64,000 bases of DNA from an uncultured Candidatus Sumerlaeota bacterium (lineage in GTDB: Bacteria > CAYMEV01), in assembly GCA_964389675.1 (NCBI GenBank), contig CAYMEV010000001.1, positions 156,539 to 220,538 on the forward strand, written 5' to 3'. A program made the translations under genes and the position numbers. The notes beneath the pieces were generated by a model that saw only the letters and a program-made list of their open reading frames with translations, was not told the origin of the DNA and searched no databases. This document shows positions 36,625-47,270 of this stretch, in pieces. Numbering within the stretch: position 1 is the stretch's first letter; every line of letters begins with the position of its first letter.

Positions 36625-37600
36625 CTACGGAACCTCTATATTATTGAAGATCTCTCTTATCACTGAATCAGTCGTCTTTCCTTCTGCCTCTGCCTCATAG
36701 GACAGTATAATCCTGTGCCTCAGCACATCCAGCCCTATTTCCTTTATATCCTCAGGGGTGACATAGTACCTCCCGTGAAGGAAGGCATTTGCTTTTGCTG
36801 CCCTGGTTATATATATTGTTGCCCTCGGAGATGCTCCGTACTGGATAAGATGGTCCATCTCCATCTGGTACTGAGAAGGCTTCCTGGTTGCTGAGACTAT
36901 ATCGACAATATACCTTTTCAGCTTGTCTTCTATATATATCTCTTTTACGACCTCTCTCAGGCTGAGGATCTCTTTTTCATCCATTACCTTCGACACTGGT
37001 ATTTCATCCGTCTTTTCCATCCTGTTGAGTATCTGGTATTCCTCTTCCCTCGTCGGATAGGTTATATTTATTTTGAGCATGAACCTGTCAACCTGAGCTT
37101 CCGGAAGAGGATATGTCCCTTCATGCTCAATAGGGTTCTGCGTTGCAAGCACAAAGAAAGGCTCTGATACCGTATAGCTGTTATCATAGATTGTTACCTG
37201 CCTTTCCTGCATAACCTCAAGAAGAGCGCTCTGCACCTTGGCCGGAGCCCTGTTGATCTCATCGGCAAGCAGTATATTTGTAAATATGGGGCCTTTTCTC
37301 GGGGAAAATTTATTTTCTTTCTGATTATATATCATTGTACCTATAAGATCAGCTGGAAGAAGGTCAGGAGTAAACTGGACTCTCTTAAAATCCAGGGAAA
37401 GTGCATTAGCCAGCGTTACTATGGTCTTTGTTTTAGCCAGGCCAGGAACACCCTCTATCAATACATGGCCATTTGTCAATATCCCTGTGAGAATACTGGC
37501 TATCATATGCTCCTGCCCTATTATTACCTGTCTTAACTGGTTTTTAAGGCTCTCTATTGATTTGTGCTTTTCTTTTATAACCTCTGCAATTCCAAAATCA
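36625..37600 (-). CDS. moxR: MoxR-family AAA+ ATPase
   Basis: Walker A GHVLIEGVPGLAKT, Walker B LLADEINRA, sensor motifs. The true start is the internal ATG (MNDFGIAEV..) preceded by GGAGGGG-ACTA. The 421-aa ORF-track version adds about 95 non-homologous residues. Confidence 0.85.
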
Positions 37601-37682
37601 TTCATTAGTCCCCTCCAATTAATTTGGTATATATAACAATTCTTATCATTTTTGGTTTCATTATACAGTTTTTTTTCTGCTA

Positions 37683-38441
37683 TTGATTTCAGATAATTTT
37701 TTATGTAATATAACTTATATGTCTGAAAATAATACAAAAAATCACAGGTTAAGGCTCCGTGAAAAATATGATAAAAGCGGGATAAATGCTTTTCTTGACT
37801 ATGAAAAGCTTGAGCTTCTGCTGTCATTCTGTATCCCTTATAAGGACACCAAACCCCTTGCAAAGGAATTAATAAGCAGATTCGGCTCAATATCAGGGGT
37901 ATTTTCAGCCCATAAGCAGGAGCTGACAGGCATAAAGGGCATAAACGAAAGGACAGCCCTTTTCTTGAGGCTTATAAGGGATATTGGCGAAAGCATTAAA
38001 CATTCTGAGCTTCTGGAGAAGGGGTCAATAAGAAATCCCTCTGAGATTGTTGATTATTATAAATTATATTTCACACATAAAAAGGATGAAGAATTTTGTG
38101 TGGTTTATATGAACAATCAGAACAGGATAATCATGCTCGAGACACTCTGCAAAGGGACAATAAACCGTGTTGATGTCTATCCCCGCAGTCTCATAGACAG
38201 GATATTAAGACTCAATGCAAAGAATATAATAATTCTCCATAACCATCCCGGTGGCTCATTAAGCCCGTCTATGGACGATAATTACCTTACGTTCCGCCTT
38301 GCCATCGCTCTCAGGAATATTGAATCCTCTATCCTGGACCACATAATCATCTGCAATGATAATTATTTCAGTTATTCTGAAGAGGGTATAATTGCTGATA
38401 TATACAAAAAAATAGACACAATTGAAAGGGATTTTTTCTGA
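37683..38441 (+). CDS. radC: RadC-like JAB/MPN-domain protein (UPF0758)
   Basis: HhH-like N-terminus. JAMM motif region IIILHNHPGGSLSPSMDD with the conserved E..HNHPSG..S..D pattern. Confidence 0.8.
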   Translation: MISDNFLCNITYMSENNTKNHRLRLREKYDKSGINAFLDYEKLELLLSFCIPYKDTKPLAKELISRFGSISGVFSAHKQELTGIKGINERTALFLRLIRDIGESIKHSELLEKGSIRNPSEIVDYYKLYFTHKKDEEFCVVYMNNQNRIIMLETLCKGTINRVDVYPRSLIDRILRLNAKNIIILHNHPGGSLSPSMDDNYLTFRLAIALRNIESSILDHIIICNDNYFSYSEEGIIADIYKKIDTIERDFF

Positions 38442-38537
38442 TTTCCTTCTCTCTGGCCCCCTATCCTGCCGTGCTGAATAAATCAGTGAGCATCTGAACG
38501 CTGAATACTATCGAGGGATATTGAAGACTACCGCTGT

Positions 38538-39572
38538 TTATTGAAAAAGGATGTCAATATCTGCAGACTGTATGGAGCTTAAAATATCATTTTCTGATAT
38601 ACCGCCGGAATTATAGCAGATATCCTTTATCCTTGTCTCTGACAGGATTCTTTTCCTGTTTTCAAGGTTATAACCGTTTAAGAACCTCTTAAGGCTGCTT
38701 TCCAGGTCAAGCCTGTCATTTATATTTTTTATATTCAACAGGTATTTCAATATTCTGAAAAATGCCCTGTATTCAACATAGTCTCCTAATGAATGATGCA
38801 TGAGGCCCGCTATATAGTTTTCCCTGATGGATTTATCAATGCAGAGCCCTATGCGTATAACTGGAATATTTCTTTGGTAGAATAAAATTAGGGCCAATTC
38901 CAGAAGCTCGTAGAAAACGGATTTGTCCCACAGCCTGTATTCATTCTTTTTATAGAGGGATTCCAGCTGTGTATTTTTCAGGATGAGTGTCGGGCAGACC
39001 CTGACTCCTGCTATCGGCTTTTCTGAAGCCCACAGGATCGTTCTTCTGCTTTTTTCAGCAGTATCGCAAGGCAGGCCCAGCATAATCTGAAGGACCACTT
39101 TTATTCCCTTCTCATTGATCTTTGCAACTGCCTCTTCAACCGTATCCAGGCTGTAACCCCTGTTGGACTTCTCAAGGACTTCAGGATCGATGGACTCTAT
39201 GCCAAGGCAGATGGTCCTGACATTGTACTCCTTCAGGAAGGACAGTATATCGTCACTAACAGCATCCGGCCGGGTGGATATTCTTATTCCGCTTATTGCC
39301 CCATTCTTAATATACTGCTGGACAGGCTCAAGATACCGGAACATATCGGACCTTGTCAACTGTGTGAATGTGCCCCCGAAAAATGCTGTCTCTACAGCCT
39401 CCTTATGCCTTAATGTTGAAATATAATGATCTATATGCCTTTTTATAGAGCCGGGATCAATACTGGATGAATCAACCATTGATTCCTGATTACAGAATGA
39501 ACATCTGGATTTACAGCCTTTATGAAATGAAAATATAGGTATTACACTGGCCCTGTCTTTGACAAACAGCAT
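38538..39572 (-). CDS. Radical SAM protein, Elp3-like/TIGR01212 (YhcC) family
   Basis: 344 aa. CKSRCSFC CxxxCxxC near the N-terminus, and a TIM-barrel core (GGTFTQL, IRISTRPD, CLGIESID). Confidence 0.65.
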   Translation of the reverse strand: MLFVKDRASVIPIFSFHKGCKSRCSFCNQESMVDSSSIDPGSIKRHIDHYISTLRHKEAVETAFFGGTFTQLTRSDMFRYLEPVQQYIKNGAISGIRISTRPDAVSDDILSFLKEYNVRTICLGIESIDPEVLEKSNRGYSLDTVEEAVAKINEKGIKVVLQIMLGLPCDTAEKSRRTILWASEKPIAGVRVCPTLILKNTQLESLYKKNEYRLWDKSVFYELLELALILFYQRNIPVIRIGLCIDKSIRENYIAGLMHHSLGDYVEYRAFFRILKYLLNIKNINDRLDLESSLKRFLNGYNLENRKRILSETRIKDICYNSGGISENDILSSIQSADIDILFQ

Positions 39573-39574
39573 TA

Positions 39575-40300
39575 TTATTCTTTTAAGAGCAGTATTTCGT
39601 CTAATACTCTCTTTGCAAGCTTCTTTTCCGCCTGTTTTTTCGTTCTGCCTTTCTCAGGCCCGAAAGTCCTGTCCCCTATGGTTATTGAAACATAATACTC
39701 CCTGTTGTGGTCGGGGCCTATTACCTTCTCAACATTATAAAGAGGCGTGATCTTTTCCTTGCTCTGGATAAATTCCTGGAGTGCGGCTTTATAATCAAAA
39801 ACTATATGCCCTGATACCAGTGTCTTTATCTCCTTTTTCAGCTGCCTTCTTATAAAGCTTTTTGCTTTAGTAATTCCTCCGTCAAGGTATAATGCGCCTA
39901 TCAGGGCTTCATAAGCATTTGCAAGCAGGGATTTTTTGCTTCTGCCCCCGCTTGATTCTTCTCCCCGTCCAAGCAGAAGGTACTTCCCCAGTGAGATCTT
40001 TTGGGCTTTATCTGAGAGGAATTCTCCGCTTGTAACAAATGCCTTGATCTTTGACATCTGGCCCTCCGGCAGTTCAGGAACCTCCCTGTAGAGAATATCG
40101 GTGACAATAAAGTTAAGGATGGAATCTCCGAGAAACTCCATCCTCTCATTATCTGTATCAACTGACATTATTTCGTTTTTATACGATTTATGGGTTAGAG
40201 CAGAATTAAGCAGCTTAATATTCTTAAAAAAGAGCTTATTTAATTTCTGGAATTCATTCAGGTTTGAATACCTGAATTTTTCAAGCTCAGTCATCAGCAT
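39575..40300 (-). CDS. rnc: Ribonuclease III
   Basis: 241 aa. RNase III signature ERMEFLGDSILNFIVTDILY and a C-terminal dsRBD. Confidence 0.9.
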   Translation of the reverse strand: MLMTELEKFRYSNLNEFQKLNKLFFKNIKLLNSALTHKSYKNEIMSVDTDNERMEFLGDSILNFIVTDILYREVPELPEGQMSKIKAFVTSGEFLSDKAQKISLGKYLLLGRGEESSGGRSKKSLLANAYEALIGALYLDGGITKAKSFIRRQLKKEIKTLVSGHIVFDYKAALQEFIQSKEKITPLYNVEKVIGPDHNREYYVSITIGDRTFGPEKGRTKKQAEKKLAKRVLDEILLLKE

Positions 40301-41525
40301 ATTTTTTCAGGACAAGACAGGTGTTTGTGCCTCCGAAACCGAAGCTGTTATTCAGCGCATACCTCATTCTTTTTTCAATCCCCGTATCCGGGGTATAATC
40401 AAGGTCACACTGGGGATCTGGCTCATTCAGGTTAATGGTGGGCAGTATAAAGTCATTTTCCAGGCACATGGCCGTAAATGCCGTTTCAACACCCCCTGCA
40501 GCTCCCAGCAGATGGCCGATCATGGATTTATTGGAGGATATCCTGACTCCGGTATCATTCCCAAAAACTCTCTTTATTGCCTTCGTCTCGGTTATATCGT
40601 TGAGATAGGTTGATGTGCCATGAGCATTAATATAGTCAATGTCCCCAGGGCTGATTGAAGCATCTCTAATGGCATTATCCATGCAGTTGGCTGCCCCCTC
40701 TCCATCTTCCGACGGTGCTGTTATATGGAATGCATCACTGGTCATCCCGAACCCCGTGATCTCAGCATAGATGTGGGCATTGCGCTTTTTTGCAGATTCA
40801 AGCTCCTCAAGCACCAGTATGCCTGAGCCTTCAGAAACAACAAAACCGTTCCTGTCTTTGTCAAAAGGCCTTGAAGCTTCTTTGGGCCGGTCATTCCTTG
40901 TTGATAAAGCCCTGAGTTTTGAAAATCCGCTTATTCCGAGCTTTGTTATTGATGATTCAGCTCCGCCGCATACCATAATATCTGCCTTATCATTCCGTAT
41001 AAGGTCAAAAGCAAGCCCGACAGAATGATTTCCTGCCGCGCATGCAGTGCACGGGCTCATGCTGGGCCCTTTCAGTTTGAACTCTATGGAGACCATTCCT
41101 GCTACAAGGTTTATAAGCATTGAGGGTATAAAATACGGTTTTATGCTCCTGAATCCGTTGTTCAGCAGGTTTATATGCTCCCTCTCAATTGTATTTATCC
41201 CTCCGATCCCTGAGCCTATAATAGTTCCTGCCCTTTTTGAAAGTTCAGGAGTAATTTCAAGCCCTGAATCAGCCATTGCCTCCCTTGAAGCGACTATGCC
41301 CAGCTGAAGGAACCTGTCAAGCCTTTCAGCCTCCCTTACCCCGAATATCTCAGCCGGATCAAAGTCCTTAACCATTCCAGCAATCTTTACAGGCAGATCT
41401 GAGGTGTCAAAAGTGTCTATCAGTGCAATACCTGATTCACCATTGGCCACCCTTGCCCAGTTCTTTTCCCTGCCGGACCCTAATGGTGTGATCAGCCCTA
41501 TTCCGGTAATAGCTACCCTTCTCAA
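40287..41525 (-). CDS. fabF: 3-oxoacyl-ACP synthase II
   Basis: 412 aa. Active-site Cys context GPSMSPCTACAAG, His-His (HGTSTYLND, GHLLGAAG). Confidence 0.9.
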   Translation of the reverse strand: MRRVAITGIGLITPLGSGREKNWARVANGESGIALIDTFDTSDLPVKIAGMVKDFDPAEIFGVREAERLDRFLQLGIVASREAMADSGLEITPELSKRAGTIIGSGIGGINTIEREHINLLNNGFRSIKPYFIPSMLINLVAGMVSIEFKLKGPSMSPCTACAAGNHSVGLAFDLIRNDKADIMVCGGAESSITKLGISGFSKLRALSTRNDRPKEASRPFDKDRNGFVVSEGSGILVLEELESAKKRNAHIYAEITGFGMTSDAFHITAPSEDGEGAANCMDNAIRDASISPGDIDYINAHGTSTYLNDITETKAIKRVFGNDTGVRISSNKSMIGHLLGAAGGVETAFTAMCLENDFILPTINLNEPDPQCDLDYTPDTGIEKRMRYALNNSFGFGGTNTCLVLKKYADD

Positions 41526-41529
41526 TGAA

Positions 41530-41769
41530 TCAACTCACCTTCTTCTGTATAAAAGAGATCGCGTCACCCACGCTGGAGATCGACAGTATCTCCTTGTCGT
41601 CTATCTGCAGGCCCATATCGGAAAACTCCTCCTGAACTGCATCTATGAAATCATAGATGTCGATCGAATCAAACTGCAGATCAACCTTAAAAGATGCATT
41701 TTCCTTTATCTTTTCCGGATTGACGTTCAAGTTTTCCAGAACCTTATAAACTCTTTCTTTGATATCCAT
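41530..41769 (-). CDS. acpP: Acyl carrier protein
   Basis: 79 aa. DLQFDSIDIYDFIDAVQEEF contains the phosphopantetheine-attachment DS(I/L)D motif. Confidence 0.8.
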   Translation of the reverse strand: MDIKERVYKVLENLNVNPEKIKENASFKVDLQFDSIDIYDFIDAVQEEFSDMGLQIDDKEILSISSVGDAISFIQKKVS

Positions 41770-41797
41770 ATTAAATCCCTCCTGAAATATTTATTTT

Positions 41798-42523
41798 TTA
41801 ATTCATGTAAAGGCCGCCGTCAATACTTATAACATCACCTGTAATATATGAACTGATATCCTGAGACAGGAAGAATATCAGGGAAGCGACCTCTGACGGC
41901 TTTCCTGTTCTTTTTAAGGGTATCCTGCTTACTATGGACTCGATGATATTCTCCTCCATATTTTCTGTCATTCTGGTTTTGATAAGGCCGGGCGCTACGG
42001 TATTACATGTGATATTCCAGGGAGCAAGTTCCTTGGCAAGCGACATTGTAAAGCCGATAATACCCGCCTTGGATGCAGCATAGTTGGTCTGGCCGATATT
42101 TCCAGCCTTCCCGGAAACAGAGGAGATATTTATTATTCTTCCCCACCTTTTTTTCATCATAGGCCTGACAAATGCCTTTACAACCCTGTAAAATCCGTTG
42201 AGGTTTGTATCAATTACATCAGTCCATTTCTTTTCGGTCATTCCAAGAATAAAGCTGTCAGCTGATATACCCGAAACATTGACTATAATATCGGGATAAC
42301 CGAATTCTTCAACTGATCTGTAAAGATCTCTTATGCTTTCTGCATCTGTTATATCAAGCCGGCCATAGAAAATATCCTTATCTTCCCTGTCTTTAAACCT
42401 TTCCTTCAGCTTATCAATATCCCTTCCTGTTGCAATGACCCTGTAGGAAGAGGAGGTGAAACAACAGGCCGTCTCAAACCCTATATCAGATGTAGCTCCT
42501 GCTATTAGAGCCGTTCTTGTCAA
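41798..42523 (-). CDS. fabG: 3-oxoacyl-ACP reductase (SDR)
   Basis: Rossmann TALIAGATSDIG. Catalytic YAASKAG. Probable TTG start giving M-TRTALIAG, with AAGGAGA RBS upstream. The ORF-track start at 42550 would overlap rpmF. Confidence 0.85.
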   Translation of the reverse strand: MTRTALIAGATSDIGFETACCFTSSSYRVIATGRDIDKLKERFKDREDKDIFYGRLDITDAESIRDLYRSVEEFGYPDIIVNVSGISADSFILGMTEKKWTDVIDTNLNGFYRVVKAFVRPMMKKRWGRIINISSVSGKAGNIGQTNYAASKAGIIGFTMSLAKELAPWNITCNTVAPGLIKTRMTENMEENIIESIVSRIPLKRTGKPSEVASLIFFLSQDISSYITGDVISIDGGLYMN

Positions 42524-42527
42524 AAGA

Positions 42528-42722
42528 TTATTTCTCCTTACTGGTCTCAACTACCTTTTCATTGTTATAATGCCCGCAATATGGGCATACCCTGTGAGAA
42601 GGGATATACTCCATGCAATCCTTATTTGAGCACTGTGTCAGAACAACAGGCTTTATAGATGCATTCATGGACCTTCTCAATCTTGTCTTGCTTTTTGATT
42701 TCTTTCTCTTTGGCAGAGCCAT
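42528..42722 (-). CDS. rpmF: 50S ribosomal protein L32
   Basis: 64 aa. MALPKRKKSKSKTRLRR.. with a CxxC..CxxC zinc ribbon (CSNKDC..CPYCGHY). Confidence 0.9.
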   Translation of the reverse strand: MALPKRKKSKSKTRLRRSMNASIKPVVLTQCSNKDCMEYIPSHRVCPYCGHYNNEKVVETSKEK

Positions 42723-42734
42723 CAGCTTACTCCT

Positions 42735-43247
42735 TTACTTCATTTTTAGTGCTTCCCATCTAGGGTCAATATTCTCCTTAATACAGCCGCATTCTGCCTT
42801 GTTGAGATCAGTACCGCAGAAAGGGCACAAGCCTTTGCAGGCTGTATTACATAATGCCTTTGCAGGCAATGATATAATGACCTGTTCATTGACAAAATCA
42901 TCCAGGTCAAGTATTAAATCCTCAAGATAATAATTATCAAGCTCATTTTCTTCCAGATCGAGGTTGCCTTTGTTTCCCTCAAGGGATTTATCAAAGAGAT
43001 ATACCCTTTCATTCCTGTCAATGTTCAGTTCAATCCTCTTAAGGCATCTTGCGCAGTCGGTTTCCGCATTAAAGGATATATTGAAATCCATGACAAAGCA
43101 ACCCTTGACCTTATTAATGCTCGCTTTAAGGTTGACATCCGTAAGCATCCTGAAAAGAAAGTCTTTCAGGTCAAAGCCCCCTCCTGGAAAAACTTCCCGT
43201 AATTCTACGGGAAACACTCCATAATCATTAAGATCTATTTTACTCAT
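42735..43247 (-). CDS. yceD: YceD/DUF177 protein (23S rRNA accumulation), conserved partner upstream of rpmF
   Basis: 170 aa. C-terminal C..C..CGCI cysteine cluster. Synteny yceD-rpmF-fab. Confidence 0.75.
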   Translation of the reverse strand: MSKIDLNDYGVFPVELREVFPGGGFDLKDFLFRMLTDVNLKASINKVKGCFVMDFNISFNAETDCARCLKRIELNIDRNERVYLFDKSLEGNKGNLDLEENELDNYYLEDLILDLDDFVNEQVIISLPAKALCNTACKGLCPFCGTDLNKAECGCIKENIDPRWEALKMK

Positions 43248-43473
43248 ATAAAATGGCCTATACTTAATTACCTTTGTATATTTTGAAAAAATGCAAAAAT
43301 GTCAAGCATTTTCTAATTAAATATGCAGTTCAGGTATTCTATTATATTTTTTCATGATTACAATAAATATAATTTGAAAATATAAGCAATGAAGATATAT
43401 TATATTATTGCCTGGATAAAATAAGGCTGGCTTCATCCTGCAGGAAAGGAGAATCGGCAGTAATTGCCGGATT

Positions 43474-44118
43474 ATGTTTGAAAATCTTAAATTCAGATTA
43501 AGGACAATGTTCATCACAGGCATAGCAGTGCTTTTTCCTGTTGTTATCACCCTGTATATAGGGTACTTTCTTTATAATATAATTACCAGAATTACCAGCC
43601 CTGTCGTACGCTATATTCTGAATAATATACTTGGGCTGGGCGGATATGACTACATAGCTCCTTTATTCGGCTTTGCCCTGGTCATTATGGTTATTTTCGG
43701 CGTTGGTTTCCTGGCAACAAATTACTTCGGCAAGAAAATAATTCAACTGGGTGAGAACATTCTCCTGAGAATTCCACTCTTAAACGGGATCTTTTCTTCA
43801 GCTAAACAGTTCCTAAGTGCACTTTCCATCTCGAACAAGAAGGGTTTTTCAAAGGTGGTTCTCATTGAGTATCCCAGAAAGGGGATATATACAATAGGTT
43901 TTCTTACTACATCTGCTGAAAAGATACTCAGGGATATTGATAATATTGATGAATCAGAACTGGTTTACGTTTTTATACCTACGACTCCTAACCCGACATC
44001 CGGCTGGCTGGCCCTGGTAAAGAGAAATGATATCATATATATTGACCTGAAGATCGAAGATGCTGTTAAACTAATAATATCAGGGGGGCTCGTCCATCCC
44101 GAGGAGCTGGATACTTAA
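43474..44118 (+). CDS. DUF502-family membrane protein
   Basis: 214 aa. Two N-terminal TMs and the conserved DUF502 core (GGYDYIAPLFG...RIPLLNGIFSSAKQ..VVLIEYPRKG..TPNPTSGWL). Confidence 0.65.
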   Translation: MFENLKFRLRTMFITGIAVLFPVVITLYIGYFLYNIITRITSPVVRYILNNILGLGGYDYIAPLFGFALVIMVIFGVGFLATNYFGKKIIQLGENILLRIPLLNGIFSSAKQFLSALSISNKKGFSKVVLIEYPRKGIYTIGFLTTSAEKILRDIDNIDESELVYVFIPTTPNPTSGWLALVKRNDIIYIDLKIEDAVKLIISGGLVHPEELDT

Positions 44119-44143
44119 AACAGGAACAGATAATGCGGATATA

Positions 44144-45490
44144 CTATTGCAGAAGTATAAGCCTTGCTATATTAAAATAGATTATCAATCCAACTGCATC
44201 GACCATTGTTGTCAGAAGCGGGCTGCTTACCACTGCCGGGTCAAAATTCAGTTTTGTAAGAATTATAGGGAGTATACAGCCTGCAACATTCGTCCAGAAC
44301 ACTATGGCAACCATAGAAATAGCAAGTACTAATCCGATCTCAGGCCCTCCCCTCCAGACAAAGCTTCTTAAAAAAAGGATGATTCCCAGGCTTATGCCGA
44401 GAAGAGCCCCGATGACAAGTTCCCTTTTAACGACCTGGAACCATTTTTTTACGGTAAGCTCCCCGAGGCTTATTGCACGTATGACGAGAGTGGCCGATTG
44501 CGTAGCGGTATTTCCACCACTGTCGATCAGTATTGGAATAAATATAGTAAGTGTTATGAATTTTGAAATAAGCTCCTCAAAATGGGAAATTACCCCCGAG
44601 GATAGGAAGTCAGCAACCAGAAGAAGGACAAGCCAGCCGATCCTTTTCCTGTAAAGCACAAAGGGTGATGTTGACATATAGCCAAGCTCAAGAGGGCTTA
44701 CAGCTGCCTCTTTCTGGAAGTCCTCCGTAGCTTCCTCATCCATGACATCAATGATATCATCGATTGTCACTATACCGATCAGAACGCCTTCTGAATCAAT
44801 TACCGGCAGGGCTACAAGGTCATATCTCTTCATCATCTCAGCACCCTCATCCTGATCATCAAAAGCAGACCCGGCGATAAAGCTGTAATCCATGACCGAT
44901 TCAATAGTATGCTCCGGATTACCCAATATTATGCGCCTTATCGGTATTTCATCCAGAAGCTTTGATTCATCATCTGTTACATAGAGCATATTAATAGTTT
45001 CGCTGTCTTTGCCATATTTCCTTATATACTCAAGGGCATTACGCAATGTAAAGTAGGGCCTTACAGATATATAATCAGGGGTCATCAGCCTGCCGAGGCT
45101 GTTTTCCGGGTAGCCGAGGAGAAAAAGGGCTTCTTTCCTCTCTTCTGAAGGCAGGAGGTCCATCAGTTTTTGAGTGACCTGAGCAGGCAGTTCCTCAAAG
45201 ATCTCAGTCCTGTCATCAGGGCTTATTTCCAGTACCAGCTCCTTAAGCTGCTGGCTCTTGATCTGAGTCAGGATATGCTCCTGGTCATCGCTTTCAAGTT
45301 CGACAAAAACCCTGGCTGCCTGCTTCCTCGGCAGAAGACGGTACAGGATTATCATCTCATCCTCTGGAAGGTCAGCCAGCAGGTCTGCAATATCAACAGC
45401 CTGCCAGTCAGAGAAGAGTTCTTTTATCTTTTTCCAGTCCTTGTTCCCGATCAGGTCTTTAATCTCTGGTTTCAGTATATCCCCGAGCAT
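44144..45490 (-). CDS. mgtE: Magnesium transporter MgtE
   Basis: 448 aa. N-domain, tandem CBS, 5-TM MgtE domain (..PFVLYRKRIGWLVLLLVADF.., ..DAVGLIIYFNIARLIL). Confidence 0.85.
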   Translation of the reverse strand: MLGDILKPEIKDLIGNKDWKKIKELFSDWQAVDIADLLADLPEDEMIILYRLLPRKQAARVFVELESDDQEHILTQIKSQQLKELVLEISPDDRTEIFEELPAQVTQKLMDLLPSEERKEALFLLGYPENSLGRLMTPDYISVRPYFTLRNALEYIRKYGKDSETINMLYVTDDESKLLDEIPIRRIILGNPEHTIESVMDYSFIAGSAFDDQDEGAEMMKRYDLVALPVIDSEGVLIGIVTIDDIIDVMDEEATEDFQKEAAVSPLELGYMSTSPFVLYRKRIGWLVLLLVADFLSSGVISHFEELISKFITLTIFIPILIDSGGNTATQSATLVIRAISLGELTVKKWFQVVKRELVIGALLGISLGIILFLRSFVWRGGPEIGLVLAISMVAIVFWTNVAGCILPIILTKLNFDPAVVSSPLLTTMVDAVGLIIYFNIARLILLQ

Positions 45491-45537
45491 ACATCATCCT
45501 CTAAGGTCAAATGTCTAATGTTACCTCATTTCAAAGC

Positions 45538-45846
45538 CTAATCAACAGATTTATTTACAGGGTATACAGTCTCATCGAAAAACTGGATATTGAAATCTTC
45601 CCTCAGTATAGTCTCATAATAGATCTCTTTATCATTATCAAACAGGAGCTTACGGTATTCAAGGCTTTCATTTTCCTTAACAAGCTCGTCCCTTACGCTT
45701 TCAAGATACTGCATATCTTCCTGCTGTTTATTGATTTTCATCTTTATCTCATCTGAAATATCCTGATGAAGGCTTAAAAGGTAAATTAAAACAGCAACAG
45801 CGAAAACTGCAAAGAATATCTCTCTTGCAAGGCTGTTCTTTTTCAT
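45538..45846 (-). CDS. ftsB: FtsB/DivIC-like septum formation initiator
   Basis: 102 aa. N-terminal TM plus coiled coil. Conserved location immediately downstream of eno. Confidence 0.5.
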   Translation of the reverse strand: MKKNSLAREIFFAVFAVAVLIYLLSLHQDISDEIKMKINKQQEDMQYLESVRDELVKENESLEYRKLLFDNDKEIYYETILREDFNIQFFDETVYPVNKSVD

Positions 45847-47117
45847 TATCTTCTTTTTCCGAACAGGGCTGATTCTCCAAGCATTTCCTCGATCCTGAGA
45901 AGCTCATTATACTTGCTGAGCCTGTCAGACCTGTTTGGTGCCCCTGTCTTAATAAAGCCGCAGTTTGTAGCCACTGCGAGGTGAGCAATATAGTTATCCT
46001 CAGTCTCCCCGCTTCTATGCGAGACGACAGTTTTATAACCGTTATTCATGGCAAATTCCATAGCATCCAGTGTTTCTGTTACAGTTCCTATCTGATTAAG
46101 CTTTATAAGGACTGCATTGGCTATATCAGGCACGGCCTTCTGTATTATGCTCCTGTTGGTTACAAATATATCATCTCCGACTATCATTATCTTGTCCTTA
46201 AGCTGGGATGTCATCATCCTCCAGCCGTCCCAGTCATCCTCAGCAAGCCCGTCCTCAATACTTATAACCGGATAATCTGCAATAATATCAGCCCAGTATG
46301 CTATCATCTCACTGGAATCAAGTGCCTTTGATTCTGCCTTTAAATTGTATTTTCCTTCAGCATAAAACTCTGATGCTGCAGGATCCATTGCGATCGCTAT
46401 CTCTGCTCCCGGCTGGAATCCGGCGCTCTTAATTGCTTCAACGAGCAGATCCAGTGCTTCAAGGTTGCTTTTAAGCATAGGGGCAAATCCGCCTTCATCC
46501 CCGTACCCGCTGCTTAAGCCCTTCCTGGAAAGAATCCTTCTTAATGCATAGAAGGTCTCAGCCCCATATCTCAATGCTTCAGCAAAATTGGAAGCACCCA
46601 GCGGAACTACCATAAATTCCTGTATATCAAGATTATTTGCTGCATGTGCCCCGCCATTAATGACATTAAGCATAGGGACAGGAAGCAGCCTGGAATTAGG
46701 CGAACCCAGATACCTGAAAAGTGGCAGCCTGCATTCCTCTGCAGATGCTTTTGCAGCTGCAAGGCTTGTTCCCAGTATTGCATTGGCACCTAAGTTTGTT
46801 TTATTCGGTGTTCCGTCAAGGTCAATAAGAAGCCTGTCAATTTCCGTCTGCAGAGTGCTCTCAAATCCTATAAGCTCATTTGCAATATGGGTATTGACAT
46901 TTTCAACTGCCTTGAGCACACCCTTGCCGTTATACCTGTTTTCATCCTTATCCCGCAGTTCACAAGCCTCTCTTGTCCCTGTTGATGCCCCCGAGGGTAC
47001 TGATGCTCGCCCGATAATCTCCCCGAAGTCAGAATCGATTGTGACCTCCACTTCCACTGTTGGATATCCTCTTGAATCCAGGATTTCCCTTCCGAAAATA
47101 TCAATTATTTCTCCCAT
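45846..47117 (-). CDS. eno: Enolase
   Basis: 423 aa. [41 protein letters not shown] are enolase signatures. Confidence 0.95.
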   Translation of the reverse strand: MGEIIDIFGREILDSRGYPTVEVEVTIDSDFGEIIGRASVPSGASTGTREACELRDKDENRYNGKGVLKAVENVNTHIANELIGFESTLQTEIDRLLIDLDGTPNKTNLGANAILGTSLAAAKASAEECRLPLFRYLGSPNSRLLPVPMLNVINGGAHAANNLDIQEFMVVPLGASNFAEALRYGAETFYALRRILSRKGLSSGYGDEGGFAPMLKSNLEALDLLVEAIKSAGFQPGAEIAIAMDPAASEFYAEGKYNLKAESKALDSSEMIAYWADIIADYPVISIEDGLAEDDWDGWRMMTSQLKDKIMIVGDDIFVTNRSIIQKAVPDIANAVLIKLNQIGTVTETLDAMEFAMNNGYKTVVSHRSGETEDNYIAHLAVATNCGFIKTGAPNRSDRLSKYNELLRIEEMLGESALFGKRR

Positions 47118-47270
47118 TTTGATCCTCCTTGGAATTTTTTATATTTGTTCTGGATTTTACATCAAAAAAATAATATTTCAATCAATTAATTTTTATTTTT
47201 TCTGGGATAATTGCATGGTAGAATGATAATATATATCATATATGCTATAAGAAAGAAGGTATAATTTCAT

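Noticed and set aside
37601-37890. N-terminal 95-aa extension of MoxR
   Set aside because: No homology, cysteine/aromatic-rich junk composition. A strong internal RBS plus ATG gives a canonical MoxR.
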